NCBI GenBank assembly: GCA_963693365.1
Contig: CAVNZM010000014.1
Span: 3,658,001-3,722,000, forward strand
Source of the DNA: Amoebidium appalachense
Taxonomy: Eukaryota > Protista > Ichthyosporea
Direction of reading: 5' to 3'
Length of the DNA: 64,000 bases
Shown in pieces: positions 1 to 13,711 of this stretch (within the stretch, counting starts at the first letter, position 1; every line of letters starts with the position of its first letter). The notes below the pieces were generated by a model that saw only the letters and a program-made list of their open reading frames with translations, made no database searches and was not told the DNA's origin. The position numbers were made by a program, and so were the translations under genes.

Positions 1-434
1 ATGTAATGCATACGCCTTTCCGGATCACCCACCACACGTATACCACCCACACCAACAAAAACACACCGACACTGCCACGTACGACCATGAACACGTGCGA
101 CACACACACACACACACCCACACACACCCACACACACACACACACCCACACACCCACACACCCACACACATGCACACACACGGGCGCGCGCACGCGCGCG
201 ACACACAAGCACACCCACACTCTCATTCACGTGCACGCATGGACAGACAGTGTAACATCGATACAGACAGACACACACACGGACACGCCCGCACGCGCAC
301 ACGCAACCCCCTTCCTCCCCCCCCCCCCCCCCCCCCACCGCGCACACACCCTTTGCCCCACCACCTCCCGTCCCTCCCTTCCCCCCTCCACTCCGACCCA
401 CACCCTTACCCCCCCACCCCCACCCACCCCCTCC

Positions 435-492
<58 letters not shown>

Positions 493-569
493 CCCCCCCC
501 CACCCCCTCCACACACACACACACACACACAACTCCCCCCCCCCCCACCCTCCACACACACACACTTAC

Positions 570-1312
570 CTGTCTACATCTCGCACACAGCACCAACCCT
601 TGCGCCTGCATCTTCCCCTCCCCATCCCTCCCCTCCTCCTCCGTCCCCTCCCTCCCCACTCCCGCTTCCTCCTCCCGTTGCCCCCATGCCGCCACCGCCG
701 CCCAAAACATTTTCGTTTTGCGCCGGCAACATAAGGCTCTCCAACTTCACGTGTAGTGCCTGCAACTGTTGAATCTGCTGCTGCCTCTGTTGCAAATGTT
801 GGTTCAAAAGTCTGTGTTCCTGTTGCAACCTCAATACTTCCGCTTCCACGTCCCCCTCTCCCCCATCTCCCACCTCTCCACTCTCAACCCCCTCCCCCCC
901 TTCCCTCCCCTCCCCTCCCTCCCCTCTCTTGCCGTCCCCCCTCTTGCCTTCCCCTTCCATCCCTTCCCCCTGTGTTCCCTTACGAATATTCCCTCCCTCG
1001 CTGGCCAAATTTCCGGCGAAATTTCCATTTCCACCCCCGCCGCTATCGACCCCCCTCCCTCCTTCGGGTAAAAGTCCCCCCGGGGTCAACGCAAATCCGT
1101 CCGAATTCACCATTTTTTCCATCGCCGCGAGGTGTTCAGAAAAAACGGCTGCGACGGCGGGTAGGCCTGCCGCCAAATCGGCAATCGGGTCCGATCCAGT
1201 GGGGGTGACGTCATCGTCGATTGTGATTGGACGATCGCACACCCGGCAGTATGCCACTATGGGCGAGCCGGTGCGTGGTGATTGGCTCCCACCGGCACCG
1301 GAATCAATAGCC
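570..1312 (-). CDS. Large exon of an unidentified multi-exon gene: CxxC motif, Gly/Glu-rich linker, Gln-rich coiled coil. Further candidate upstream exons near 2092-2214, 3259-3363 and 4832-4859
   Basis: Polypyrimidine acceptor ttttttctcacag ending at 1313. Non-repetitive open frame AIDSGAGG...YCRVCDRPI...LRLQQEHRLLNQHLQQRQQQ to TAG at 574-576. GTAAGT donor after 570. No family recognised. Confidence 0.55.
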
Positions 1313-1368
1313 CTGTGAGAAAAAAATGGGTTGGCTTTTCTTCCTTTTCCTTTTTTCATTCACTCTTT

Positions 1369-1441
<73 letters not shown>

Positions 1442-1446
1442 TGCGG

Positions 1447-1478
<32 letters not shown>

Positions 1479-1480
<2 letters not shown>

Positions 1481-1658
1481 TGAATGCGGAACACGGTACG
1501 AAGTACGCATACACGACGAGAAGCATGGTGCAGGACACATGCAAAGGCAAACATTCAAGTATGCAACATCAGCCATGTGCACAGTACGCGTCATAAGCAG
1601 AGCCCATCCTCAGGGAGGACCCAAGTCATCAATTGCGTCTGAGTTTCGACCCCTTAGC
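1479..1658 (-). mobile_element. Dispersed ~200-bp intronic repeat family A, copy 1 (5'-truncated)
   Basis: Near-identical to 29149-29280 and to the reverse complement of 35056-35191 and 38096-38299. Abuts poly(G). Confidence 0.85.
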
Positions 1659-1755
1659 GGGGGGGGGGGGGGGAAGAGGAGGGGGGAAGGTCGGTTGACT
1701 TTGTGTGCCTGCTTGTGTGTATGTGTGTGTGTGCATGCGTACACGTGCGTGTGTA

Positions 1756-1792
<37 letters not shown>

Positions 1793-2336
1793 ATGTGGTC
1801 GTGTGTACATGTGAGTTTGGGGGGGGGGAGGGGGGGGGAGGGGGGATGCTAGAGGAATCTTGGCTCCGAAATTCCTTCACGAAGAAGAGGTAAATGGGAA
1901 AGCTATCCACATAAGTTAAACCTCCACTACGCTTACGCATTCCATTGACGCCTACCAATCACTCATACCACTTCTGGAGGACCAATAACACATCTCATTC
2001 ACGCGTGTCAATCGTGCATTGCATTTATAGAAACCACGATCATCAACACATTCCACACATACCGACCAATCAAACATGGCGGTGTGCATACCTTTGCATT
2101 CCTTGCTGCTGGCCGTGTATTGCCTGTGCCGCAGATTCCTTCTTTCGTTTTGCTTTCTGCGGACCAATCACGGCACCAATCAGAAAAAACGCTACTTAAT
2201 GGGTCCACGCCAAGCTTAAATGCAATCCCTTTGCCCCCCTCCCCCCCTTGCCTCCCACACCTTGCTTCTCAATATGTGTGTGGTTGTTGGGAGTTAGGGG
2301 GTATGGGGTGGGGGGTGTTTGAGAAAGTCGGGGGCG

Positions 2337-2384
<48 letters not shown>

Positions 2385-3107
2385 GGGGGGCACACGCTAC
2401 ACATCCAAACATCCATTCCTGATCACAACTTCTAATCGCTCATCCCACCTCTCCCCTTGCACTTCCCGCCCTTCCCTTAACCCCCTTTCTCCCCCTCCCC
2501 GCTTTCCTGAAGAAAGAAGGGGGGGGGAGGGGGGGGAGCATGTGTCTGGCTGCTGGCTCAAAAACTGTATCAATCGGTTGTCCTCAATGCGTTACATGAC
2601 ACAGATCATTGAGTAGACAGTAGTAAGAGGCAGGGGAGGGTGTAAATGTGTGTATGTATGCGGTCTGAGAGGTTTCTAAGTATCCGTTTGCGCACGCGCA
2701 CATGCCATGTGTGTGTGCCTGTGTGTGTGTGTGAGTGTGTGTGTGTGTGTGTGCAAGTGCATGTGTGTGCGAGCGCATGAGCTCGTGCATACACACCGTG
2801 TTTCGGTGTGTGTGTGCGCGCGCGCGAGTGCGTGTGCGAGTGCGTGTGCGCCCACACATGTGTGTGTGAGCATGAGCGTGTGTGCCTACGTGCGTGCATA
2901 TGCAATTGCCGTTATGGGAGCGTGTGTGTCTGTGTTCATAAGCGGGTACAGCCATATGTATCTCGGTGTGTAAGGTTGTGTGCATGTATGCTCGCACGCC
3001 TGTAAACACCTACGCACTTGTGCTTGTGAACGAGGACACAGTATACCGTTGGTGGTATTGATTCCCCTGTGTGTAGACAAGCATCCTACCCCTAAAACAG
3101 CCTGTCC

Positions 3108-3230
3108 CCTTCCAAATGGCCTGATACCTTCCAAATATGGTCTGCCATCTTCCAAATATAGTATGATACCTTCCAAATATGGTCTGCCATCTTCCAAATA
3201 TAGTATGATACCTTCCAAATATGTCCTGTC
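3108..3230. repeat. 21-bp minisatellite with alternating A/B units (42-bp period)
   Basis: ccttccaaatatggtctgcca and tcttccaaatatagtatgata alternate over about 6 units. Confidence 0.9.
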
Positions 3231-3796
3231 ACCTTTTATATATAGCAAGAGTGCCCACCTTTTCAGCAGCGCTCTGGCTGCCCGGCTGCAACGCCATCCT
3301 GTTGGTTCCCTTGAGCCCACACTGTGGTTTTAATCCTGTCAGCACCAACACCAATGGGACACAGCTGTTAACAAACATAAATTTAGCAAAAGAGTGGCAC
3401 ACATCTTTAATTTAAAAAGCAATGGCTCATAAGTGTTTAGAACACACATGCATCTATAAACTTTTCAGCCATACAAGTGAGCCGCCGAACAAACAACCCC
3501 CCCCCCCCCCCCCCCCCCCAAACCTTCCCGCGGGGGGGGGGGGGGGGGGGGAAGACACAAAACCAACATACAGAAAGGGGTGCCCCCCTTTCTTTCATAC
3601 GTGTAAATAAATAGCTCCCGACCATAAACACGAGAAAACATATTTCCAGCCGGCACAAGTACGAAGCCACGCAATCACTCGCATGAGCATTTGCCATATG
3701 CACACAAACCAACATACATACCCACACACACACCCCACCACACGTGCCCATGCACACATGCACGCTCGTCACAGTAGAAATACATGCGCACACACA

Positions 3797-3832
<36 letters not shown>

Positions 3833-3891
3833 CGCATGCGCGTGCGCGGGCACGCACACACACACACACGCGCACACACACAACACATGCA

Positions 3892-3945
<54 letters not shown>

Positions 3946-6900
3946 CTGGACATACACAGACACATGCAAGCGCGCACACACATACGCACACACACACACA
4001 CACACACACACGCGCGTGCGAATCTGCGTAACACACACACTTACACACACGTTCCCACCACCCACCTACCAACTGCTTACACAAAGCCAGCCCTTACACC
4101 GACCTCCAGGCATCCACCCTCCACCCCTTTCCCATATCACACCACCAACGCATTCCGCAAAGAATGGAGTCAAAAACACAAGGAGCACAAAACGAAAAAT
4201 GGTCGTGTTTGTACACCACCTTCATGTGAGCTTCACTGTTAAAGTGCACGTGTTTATACACACAACCCTCTCACGTGCACACACTGGTAGTCCGCACACG
4301 AATACACGTATAAACTGCACACCTGCACCCACCCACCCCACCCACCCACCCACACAAACACACCCACACACACACACACACGCACGCACGCACACACACA
4401 CACGCACACACGCACGCACACACAAGTCCCATGTACACACCCACACACATACACCCCGCCTTCGCACACAAATGTGTATATACCCAAAAGAAGCACACAA
4501 ACATCGCTCAGCCGCAAAACGTAAGGAAGCATGTGAAGACGTAGCAAAAGCGCACGTGCACACGTGAAATTGATCCACGCGGCCATACGTGCACGCACAC
4601 CTACACACACGCGCTCACACGCGCCCCCAGACACGCACGCCATTCCACGATTTCCCGCTCCGGAGCACAGGCCCCCCGCCATCGTACCCTCCAAAATCCC
4701 CATTTCCACAGCCCATCCAGGTTTCACACACACTGCGCTTGCTCTCCTTTGGACGCATATGCACCCATAATTCCCATCCCATCCATCCTCCACACACAGA
4801 AAAGGGAAGAGCGCGAGAAACATCAACTAACCGGGGATGTAGGTGAAGACCGATGGTGTCTGAAGTGAGCACTCTCTCTCCTTTTCTCCTTGTCACTAAA
4901 CTCTGACGAAAAAAACCGCCCTCATATTGGCGACTAGCGTGTGAAAACGAGCAGTTTTGAACCTCTGATTTGCTATAAAAAACATGCACCGTGCATTAGT
5001 TTCTCTCTCTCACTCTCTCTCCCTCCTCTCTTCCTTTTGTCTTGAGTGGAACTTGGCCGAACCCGCGGCCGAGCGGCCCCCGCCGGCGTCTATATGTGGA
5101 AATGCCTCGCCCTAAATCATGCCACTGTACGTACTATACCGTTTAATATAAATTTAAAAAGCCCATTTAAGTAGCTTTAGGCTGTTGAGCGTTTAAAGTA
5201 CGATCTATTTAGAGTATGTATTAGACTGAAGGCATCGTTACGTCAGCTGGCGAACCAGATTACGGAGAAGGCACGTGTCTTTTTCTGTGCAGCTGTCTGT
5301 CTGTCTGTGTGCTTCTGTGTGTGCACGCACGTGTATGCGTGTTCCATGGATGGACAGATGTAAAGCTGTAACGAAGCGCATAACTAATATACATTCTTCT
5401 AAGGTTATGAGTAGCGTTGGTGTTTGATTGCAAGCCCTTCACCTACGTCGAAAGTCTGCACGTTCGCATGTTTGAGCCCATGCGTGAACATGCCCACGTT
5501 AGATCTAGGCCAAGCAGGTGTGCTGTGTAATGGGTCATCCCTTTGCACATACAATAAAACGGAAGACTATGTGTATGAGCTAACGACCAGCGCCGACTAT
5601 GCCTGCTCCCGTTTTTCCCATAAGATGTTGATGTGGTTCAGCATTTAGAGGAGTAGGTTGAAGTGTAGGTCCCGCCTCAAGGCGTGACCCATCGGGTAGC
5701 CACCCACACAGGCAGAGAGACTTGTTCTACTGTAAACCTTTTACCACCTGCTTCCATGCTGCTCTACGTTCTCGTGTGTGTTTGTTGCACTGTTCTTGTC
5801 ATTTCTCCCTTTCGCTTTCTCTTAGCTCTCTTCTCCTTGCTCCGCTCCCTCCCTCCCTCCCCACTCCACCCCCTCCCCCCTTGTCTTCCCGCCCCTTCCC
5901 CTCCCTCTCCCTCCCTCCCTCCCTCCCTCCCTCCCTGCTCCCCTCTTCCCCCACCCTTCCCCCTCCTTTCCTTGGTCGGTTTATCCGTTATCCATATAGC
6001 ATCAGCCAGTACTGTTAGCTGAGAAAGCTTTTAACAATTGCGCCCGCGCGAACACATACACACACACGTGCGCACACACGCTTGTGCACCCTTGCCCATA
6101 CAAAAACTCTCAATCCTTGATCTCGCCCTATAAATTAGCCACCGTGTTACCCGCTCACTGACCAACTCGCTTGTTCACACAAAAAAGAGACCCGCGAGGA
6201 AAAATTTGCACATGTATCTTGCTCTCCCTTCCTCTCTTAGGGATCTTTCTCTATCCAAATCCCTTCCCCCTCCCCCCCCCCCCCCCCCCCCCCCTTTCCC
6301 CTCGGGGCCCCCCCTACCCAAAACCCCATAATCTGGCCAAGATTTCTGTTAAGCTCAAGGATCCATGCTAGGTATATCACGCCAGAGTGTTGTTTTTCAC
6401 ATCATGCATTCCAGTGTCTTCTGCCCACTTGCTCGGAAAGTCAACATAAAGAACGATGTTTAACGAGATACTACTACTTTGACGGATCAGTTCATTTGAG
6501 ATGCAATGACTCCCATGCAAATGGCGGGGATGTCTCGATATATCCATTCAGTGTTATATCCGGTGCATAGATTCTCGAGCAGTGGACCTGTAACTTGCGC
6601 ACAACCAACTATAACTCGTAACCAGGGTGTGTTTTATAGTAGAGTCCAACATGGCCGGGGATAGGGTATTCACGTACGCATGTGTATGGTTGGTGGTGTT
6701 TACGTGTGTATGTGTAAGGGGGAAAGCATAGGTGTATGTTTTTTTTTTTTTTTTTTTTTTTTTTGGGGGGGGGGGGGGGAGGAGGTTGTTCAAAGCCTCA
6801 GGGCGGGAAGAAATGTGATACTCCTTGGGGTTGCAACCCAGTGGCACCCAAAGGACGGTGAAATAAAACCAAACAAGAAACAGAAGAACTGTATTTACTT

Positions 6901-7348
6901 GAATTTTCCGCATTAATATTCCGGGGTTTCTTCTCTTTTTCCCTCTCCACACCCGCCTAATGTAATGATAATTACGAAAAGCAGTTGGTTTCAAAGGCCA
7001 CCCCCAGCCACGCGCTTCACCACACAAACACACTTTGCCAAATATGTATTAAGTATGCATGGGATTGCATAAGCCTGTGTTAAGTAAGTGGCAGCCCGCA
7101 ACTCATAGTTAATGTGACTTACATGTACACCTTCTCAGGTCGGATGTATGCCAACAGGTACCAATCCAGTTGGTGTTTCCAAGTCCGCCTAAGGTTGTGT
7201 GTGTGTGTGTGTGTGTATGCGTTTGGGGGGGGGGGGGGGGGGGGGGGGGGAGGGGGGGGGGGGGGGAGGGGGGAGGGAGGAGGGGGTTCAAAAATTCAAT
7301 TTTTTGAACCGAACGGGGTCACATGTCCAGACGTCCCCCCCCCCCCCC

Positions 7349-7384
<36 letters not shown>

Positions 7385-8266
7385 TTCCCCCTCTCACGGG
7401 CTGGGTGGGGTTTATTATTATCAATGGGAGCGTCGGGTTGAAAAATGCATTCACTAACTGTCGTCGTTTAATATTGAAAATCCTGAAAAATTTAAATGAC
7501 ATACATCATGTGGGTTTACGCTTCAACTATAACATTCTTATTAATGATCCAGCAATGTTTTCTAAAGTTTTAAGCCATCATAATAAGGCTTGAGAATAAC
7601 TATGTTTAAGTTTTAAGACATACCAAGTTATAAACTAGTCCACGAACCATTAATGATGGTGTCCCTGTCATCAGACTCAAGGTTTGGATCTGCATACGGC
7701 AACTTTAACCAAACCCTCCTCTCCCCCCTCCTCCTCCACCCCCCCCCTCCCCCATCGGGCCGGGGGGAACCACATTCCCTACATGTCACTGCCCTCAGTT
7801 TCAAGCCGATATATTAAATGCTAATGCTCAAAATTGAAAACAAAAAACGAGCCCCCCTCCCCCCCCCCCCCCCCCCTCCCCTCCTCCACCCTCTCCCCCC
7901 TCCCCCTTTTCCCGGGCCAAAAAGTGTGGGAAGTGTCACTGTGTGTGTGTGCCATGATATGTGGGTGGGTGGGTGGGTGAGGGGGGAGGGGGGGGGGGGG
8001 GAAGAGTCCTCTAGGGATGTATTCGTCATGCCCCCCCCCCCCCCCTCCCCGTCCCAACCCCCTCGCCCCCCCTCCCCTCTTGAGGGTCTGTAAAAAGAGT
8101 ACTGATTATAAAATGGTAGCAGCTAATGTAAAATCTTTAGAACATGTGAGGGTTCAGTCTCTGTCGTTTAGTTCTTACCACAAAGGCAAATCGCCAACAG
8201 AGAGTATTATATGTAAACCAATGAAACCTACCTATAACAAACACACACACACATCACATTATGAAA

Positions 8267-10337
8267 TTACGCGCTTTTTGGGATAAGCGAAGTTGCTCTC
8301 ACCAGTCTAGAATTCGTCGACGCGAAACCCATACCCCACCCCGCCGCGTCGCTAGCCGGATCCCCATTCGCCGATTCCCCCTGAAATCTCCGTAAAAACG
8401 ATCGTCCGCGTTTTGGCGTCGTCTGGGGGGAACCCTCCCTCACACTCCGCCTGTCTACCTCCGCCCTGAGGGGGGAATTATTCCGAATTTTCGCATCGCC
8501 CACCGAAATTTCTTCAAATCTATCCCCCTGCTCGGGGCTCAAACACCGCTCATTTCCCCCCAGTTGGATAGTCACTGGAATTTCGTCCCCCAGTTGGATA
8601 TCCTCGGTCGACCCTAGGCCCACCTCACCACCACCATTTTCCCCACTTGGATAACCGGGATGAATTTCTTGTTGCGCTGAAGAAGGCTGCACGGATTCAC
8701 CCTGCACTGCTTTTGCCTCTGCGGCAGACTCTCGCCTGTGCTTCAATTTCGGGAAATTTTCAAAACTCATGCTGCGCGAAAGGAAAACTTTACTAAGTTG
8801 TGTTTTCGATTTTCGAGGGCTCAAGGGGGGCGAGCCAGACATGTAGACGTGTTCCTTGTTTGGCCCCCCCTGTTTCACTTTTACGACGGCCGGCCTGATT
8901 CCCATATCCATTCCCCCGGTTTCTGAATATTCGACCGACCCCCGGGGGCTCGAGTTGGATAGGTTTACGCTTCCCAGAGACGCATCCGAAAGGCGGCTGG
9001 GGGGGGTCTGTGATTGGGAATCAATTTGCGACTGACTTTCCAAAGGCGAAGGCGCCGGAAGCGAATCGGACAGCCGCGTGGCCGAAATTCGTATGGATCC
9101 CCGCTCGCCCGCAGCAGGGGTGGAAGAAGGCATTTCATTGGGTGTTGTGTTCGCCCGCGAAAAACGAAGCGTCGGGCTCCCAAGCACGTTCGACCCACCG
9201 GACATTTCAAACGAATCCGGTGTGTGGAAGTTTGCATAAAGCACGTTTGCGTGTTTGTTGTTGTTTGCCTTTGTAGGGGTAACAGGGGATGAAGATTGGG
9301 AAGAAGAGGAAGCAGCGCTTCGAAAAGGTTCAGACGCGCACCGTTGAAACGCAAGATTGGGAGAAGAAATCACCGACGGCTCTTCTTCAATCTGCGATGG
9401 AATTTGGAGGTTTTCGATGGATTTGCTCGCGCTACCGCCAATAGGAGCGGAAAGAGTAGAATCGATACTCGAAAGGCTCGTTACGCCCCCCCCGCTTACA
9501 TGGTTAAAAGTGTTAGCCGACGGGGATTTTTTCGCTTTCCTTTCCCCTTCCTCTCGCAACCTCTTTTCCTTCTCCGGCCCTTTTCCCGTACTCCCGTTTC
9601 CATGTGGGAGTTTGTCCAAAATTGATACCGCCGCAGCCATAAAAACGTCGACGACTTCAACTTTTTCCTTTGTGCAGCACTCTACGTACGTGCGTGCGCC
9701 AATCACGCCGCCGATTCGTGTCGCTTCGGTGCATAGTTCTTCGTTTCGTTCCTCATTGGCGGAAACCCCCACGAGGATAAGCGGTGTTGGCTGGAGGTGG
9801 AGTTGGGAAATATGATTGGTTAATGGATCAATGGTGCTATTTTTTGGTTTTTTCTGGTTTTTTGATACGCTCATATTCCTAATTTGGTATGTAACTGGAG
9901 CTCCAGCCCTCCCCCTCCTTCCCCTTGGTACCCCGGCCCCGGTACAACTTAAACTGATGCATGGTAAGCAGCCTCAATCTTCCAGAGCAACTCTATCCTT
10001 ATGACTTTTTTATCATTGTATGCCGCCTTCCCCCCGCCCCCCCCCCCCCCCCCCCCCTCGATGTGCTCAAATGTCTGCTCATTCATTGTGCATTTACTTT
10101 CCGTGGGGAATTTTTATCTACTTTTCTAATTCTTATTGTTCTGCTCCAAAAATAAAGCTGCGTGCACTGAGTCGTGTCTTTGGTTTGGTGCTAGGGGTGC
10201 GTGTGCATTCATGTGACATTTACTGATGATCATGCGAAACTACATTTAATAGGTGGTGAGTGTGCCGGCGCACCCTTGCCTTGGATGTGAGAATGGCATT
10301 TATATACCCCAAAATGTGTCAATAACATTACCCGTGC

Positions 10338-10416
<79 letters not shown>

Positions 10417-10648
10417 GTGTGTTTTCGTGCGTGTTCTTGCGTCTGTTTTGTGTGTGTGTATGTGTGTGTACAGTGTGTGTTGTATGTTTGTGTGTGTGTA
10501 GTCCGTGTGTATATTTTTGAGTGGTGTGTGTTTTCTACCCAGGACAGGACCTAAACTCTTTCTTGCATGCTATCCACAACCGCATTGACATGCATCACAT
10601 ACTATTATTGTCAGTGCGCTCGTGCATGGCATGCAAGAAATAGTTTAC

Positions 10649-10679
<31 letters not shown>

Positions 10680-11323
10680 AAAAAAAAAAAAAAAACACAC
10701 ACGCTCAGCCCACCCACTCAGCCACGCACAGCCCCACCAATCAATCGTCCCTCCCACCCTCATTCCACACACACACAGACGGCTCGTGGTTCCCTCGATT
10801 TTGATGGGCACACAAGGCATTATGCAAATACGCCTGTGTCAGGCATGTAACGCGACACGACCTTCCCCCCCCCTCCCCCCCCCCCCCCCCCCCCCCCACC
10901 CCCAACACACACACACACACCCACACCCACACACACACCTGCAAATTCGACTTGATGAGTGGCACCCATTTCTCCTGCAGCATATCAAGAGACGCGCTGC
11001 TGTTGCGGTTGAAACACAGCAAGACACAGTCCGGCAATTTGTGGTTGTTGCTCAAAAGGACGGATTTTACTTGTTTTTCCGTAGAAATGCAGAAAAATTG
11101 CGTTTGTTCGTCTCCTATGCTCCTCATCGCCTGCATGAGTTCCGTCTGCTCTTCGGGTACTACCCCTACTAGGCACACGCTGGCGAATCCGAGCACCATG
11201 TTTGCACAAAAAGGATAAAGAAATAACCTAAAAACCTAAATGGGCAGTGAAAATTCGGTGTATCAAACGGTGTGGGTCCCTTGTGGGCTCGGTGAGTCGA
11301 ATTGTTGTTCCATAAGGTGTGCT
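8267..11323 (-). CDS. Atypical Rho-family GTPase-like protein (probable pseudo-GTPase) with ~440-aa Ser/Pro-rich C-terminal tail. The 5' end is unresolved and may extend to ~13282
   Basis: Exon ~10938-11170 (...DCVLLCFNRNSSASLDMLQEKWVPLIKSNLQ|GT) splices in phase 0 to exon 8267-9790 (PTPLILVG...IGARTYVECCTKEKVEVVDVFMAAA). This matches the Rho pattern DVFLICF..S..SL....KW.PEI.....PIILVG...IGA..Y.ECS......VF..A. Candidate upstream exon ~11238-11323. Confidence 0.75.
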
Positions 11324-11605
11324 AGAAAAAAAAAAAAAAAAAAAAAAGGAAAATTAGCCATTCAATACGGTAACCCATGAAAGAGCGTTGTTATGGTGCG
11401 GTGTTGTCTTGTTAATTCAAAGGCTTGCACGGATTCTGAACCCACGAAACGCAGAAAACTTGGGCCCAGCGATTATCAGCATAAATTTCAAGTGGCGTTG
11501 TAAAATTTAAAGCCTGCAGGGAAAGGGTGATGAGTCTACGCAGCACATCGCCTCCTCTCTTAACCGGGGGTGTTTCATTTAGAAAGTTTGCGACTACTCC
11601 CCCCC

Positions 11606-11637
<32 letters not shown>

Positions 11638-11661
11638 ACCCCCCCCCCCCCCCCCCCCCCA

Positions 11662-11698
<37 letters not shown>

Positions 11699-11862
11699 CC
11701 CCCCCCTGCTGCTCACCCCAGAGATCAAACGAGGGTAACAGAAGTGCTGTCAGACTGTCAGAACTCATCCCTAAACCACACACACCTTCAGCTAGTGTGC
11801 ACTTTTTGATGACTCGTTGCTTTTAATTTTCACAGTCCCGTGTCCCCCCCCCCCCCCCCCCC

Positions 11863-11897
<35 letters not shown>

Positions 11898-13635
11898 AAA
11901 GGCAACAAGCTGCACACTGCAGCCATATTTGGAATATACAACCATATGGGATATATGGTCGCTTTTATGCAAGGCTCGGCAAATTATAAAGGAATTTTTT
12001 TACGGTGGTGCTGCTCCTCCACAGTTGAAATAACAAAAAGGCCTGGTCGTTTGAAAGCGAATCACAGTGGTGCTTGCCTCGCGCCGAGATCCCTATCTTT
12101 ATAGGTGTGATCTTGCAAAGAAGAGTGGTATATAAGGGAATTTGGACCTCGTCACAAGAGAAGCATAAAGAAGCAGAATATTTCCATAGTTGAACCATCG
12201 GTTGTATCAAGGCACAAGATTCTTGCTTCATGTTCGTGCCCTTTTCCGATTACTAATCATACACACAAGGTGCCATCGGACACTAACCAAAAGATCATCA
12301 GAGAGGAAACTGACATGTTGGTGCTGTGTTTTGATGTGCTTGAGCATGCGCACGCACGCGTTATAAAACCAGAACAGAAAACAGCAACGCTACCTACCAA
12401 AGCTCATGTCATCCAGAATGGCGTATTTTCGTGCGTGCAAGTGCTGCAGCGGGATCCTCGACTGATTATGGCCACAGATGATGGCCACAGATTTGTTTAT
12501 GTGAGATCTTGCACACGTTGATGGGGTTTGTAATAACCGTGAGTCTATAACGAAAGTTCTGATTTCTATAGGTTTATAAATAAAACGTCTAAGCGATGCT
12601 ACAAAAAAAGATCTTGAGAATGGGGATTGATCAATCCGAAGTTAGGGCAGGAAGGAGTTGTGTCCGTGCTGCTTCCAGATCCTGAATTGAATGGGCGAAG
12701 CTACGCTAAAACTACCCTTGTTTTGTGTTGTTTCCACCAAGCTGTTTCATGTGCGCAAAATTTATAACACAAATTCGGTTTATGTTGAGAAATTTCCTTG
12801 TTTTGCTGGTTGTGTTTTTACATTACAGCTGTACACTTCAGCACACAGACTGCCCGGTGCTTGTTTCGAAATTGATGCAAACAGGCTCCTGTTTGCGCTC
12901 ACGTTCATTAGCTGGAGATTTGGATGCGTGATAGATAACGAACCAGAAATGCAACAAAAATAAAATAGCCATAAATAGTTAATTATGAATCGCGCCCTTT
13001 CCATATGCTCACTTTGCTCAGCCACGGAGTTGTGGCCCGGGCAGCGCTGATCTGTGCAGCCGGGTTCCTCGAATAAAATAAGCGTTCCCTGGCCACGAAG
13101 TAATTAAAAACCTGCACGTTATTTATCACCGGTGACGAGGGCCGACGGAAGAGGGCGGGTGACTGTATGTAGCCGTTCGGGCGGACTGCCGACTCCGAGC
13201 AAGGCCTTGACTCCGAGTCGTTCGACTCGTCAGCTGCAGATCTTGCACGTGCGTAATTTTTAAAACGGCGTGAAGTATACATTAGGCCCCCGGAAATTTT
13301 GTGGTAATTGAGTACCTCTACTTATCATTTCCAACGCTTGTAACGAATTCTATGCCGAAAAGCTGAGTTTGGTAGTAATCATACTTCATTTCCAGTTTCT
13401 TTCATCAACACACGTTGATGGCGCCCGCAGGGTTTGGAATTATAGGGTGATACAGAATTACAGATTCGCTTGATTGGGTAAAGACGCACCAAGCTGGGAG
13501 AGCGCGGCAAATAGATTCATATAGCTGAGGCTCAGCCCTGCTGCCGGGCTGGCGGCTATTGCACATTCACGGTGTTTTGAGAGACTCAAAATCTACAAGT
13601 GCAGAGTTTACTATTAGCACAACCTGCGCAAGAGT

Positions 13636-13711
<76 letters not shown>

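Noticed and set aside
5424-7200. Possible small Cys-rich gene (non-repetitive patches at 5500-5648, 6340-6600, 6800-6860, 7139-7195)
   Set aside because: No consistent strand, frame or recognisable domain could be assembled.
11400-13282. Additional 5' exons of the Rho-like gene (or a separate gene)
   Set aside because: Exon-like segments exist, but phases and identity could not be established, so they are not annotated separately.
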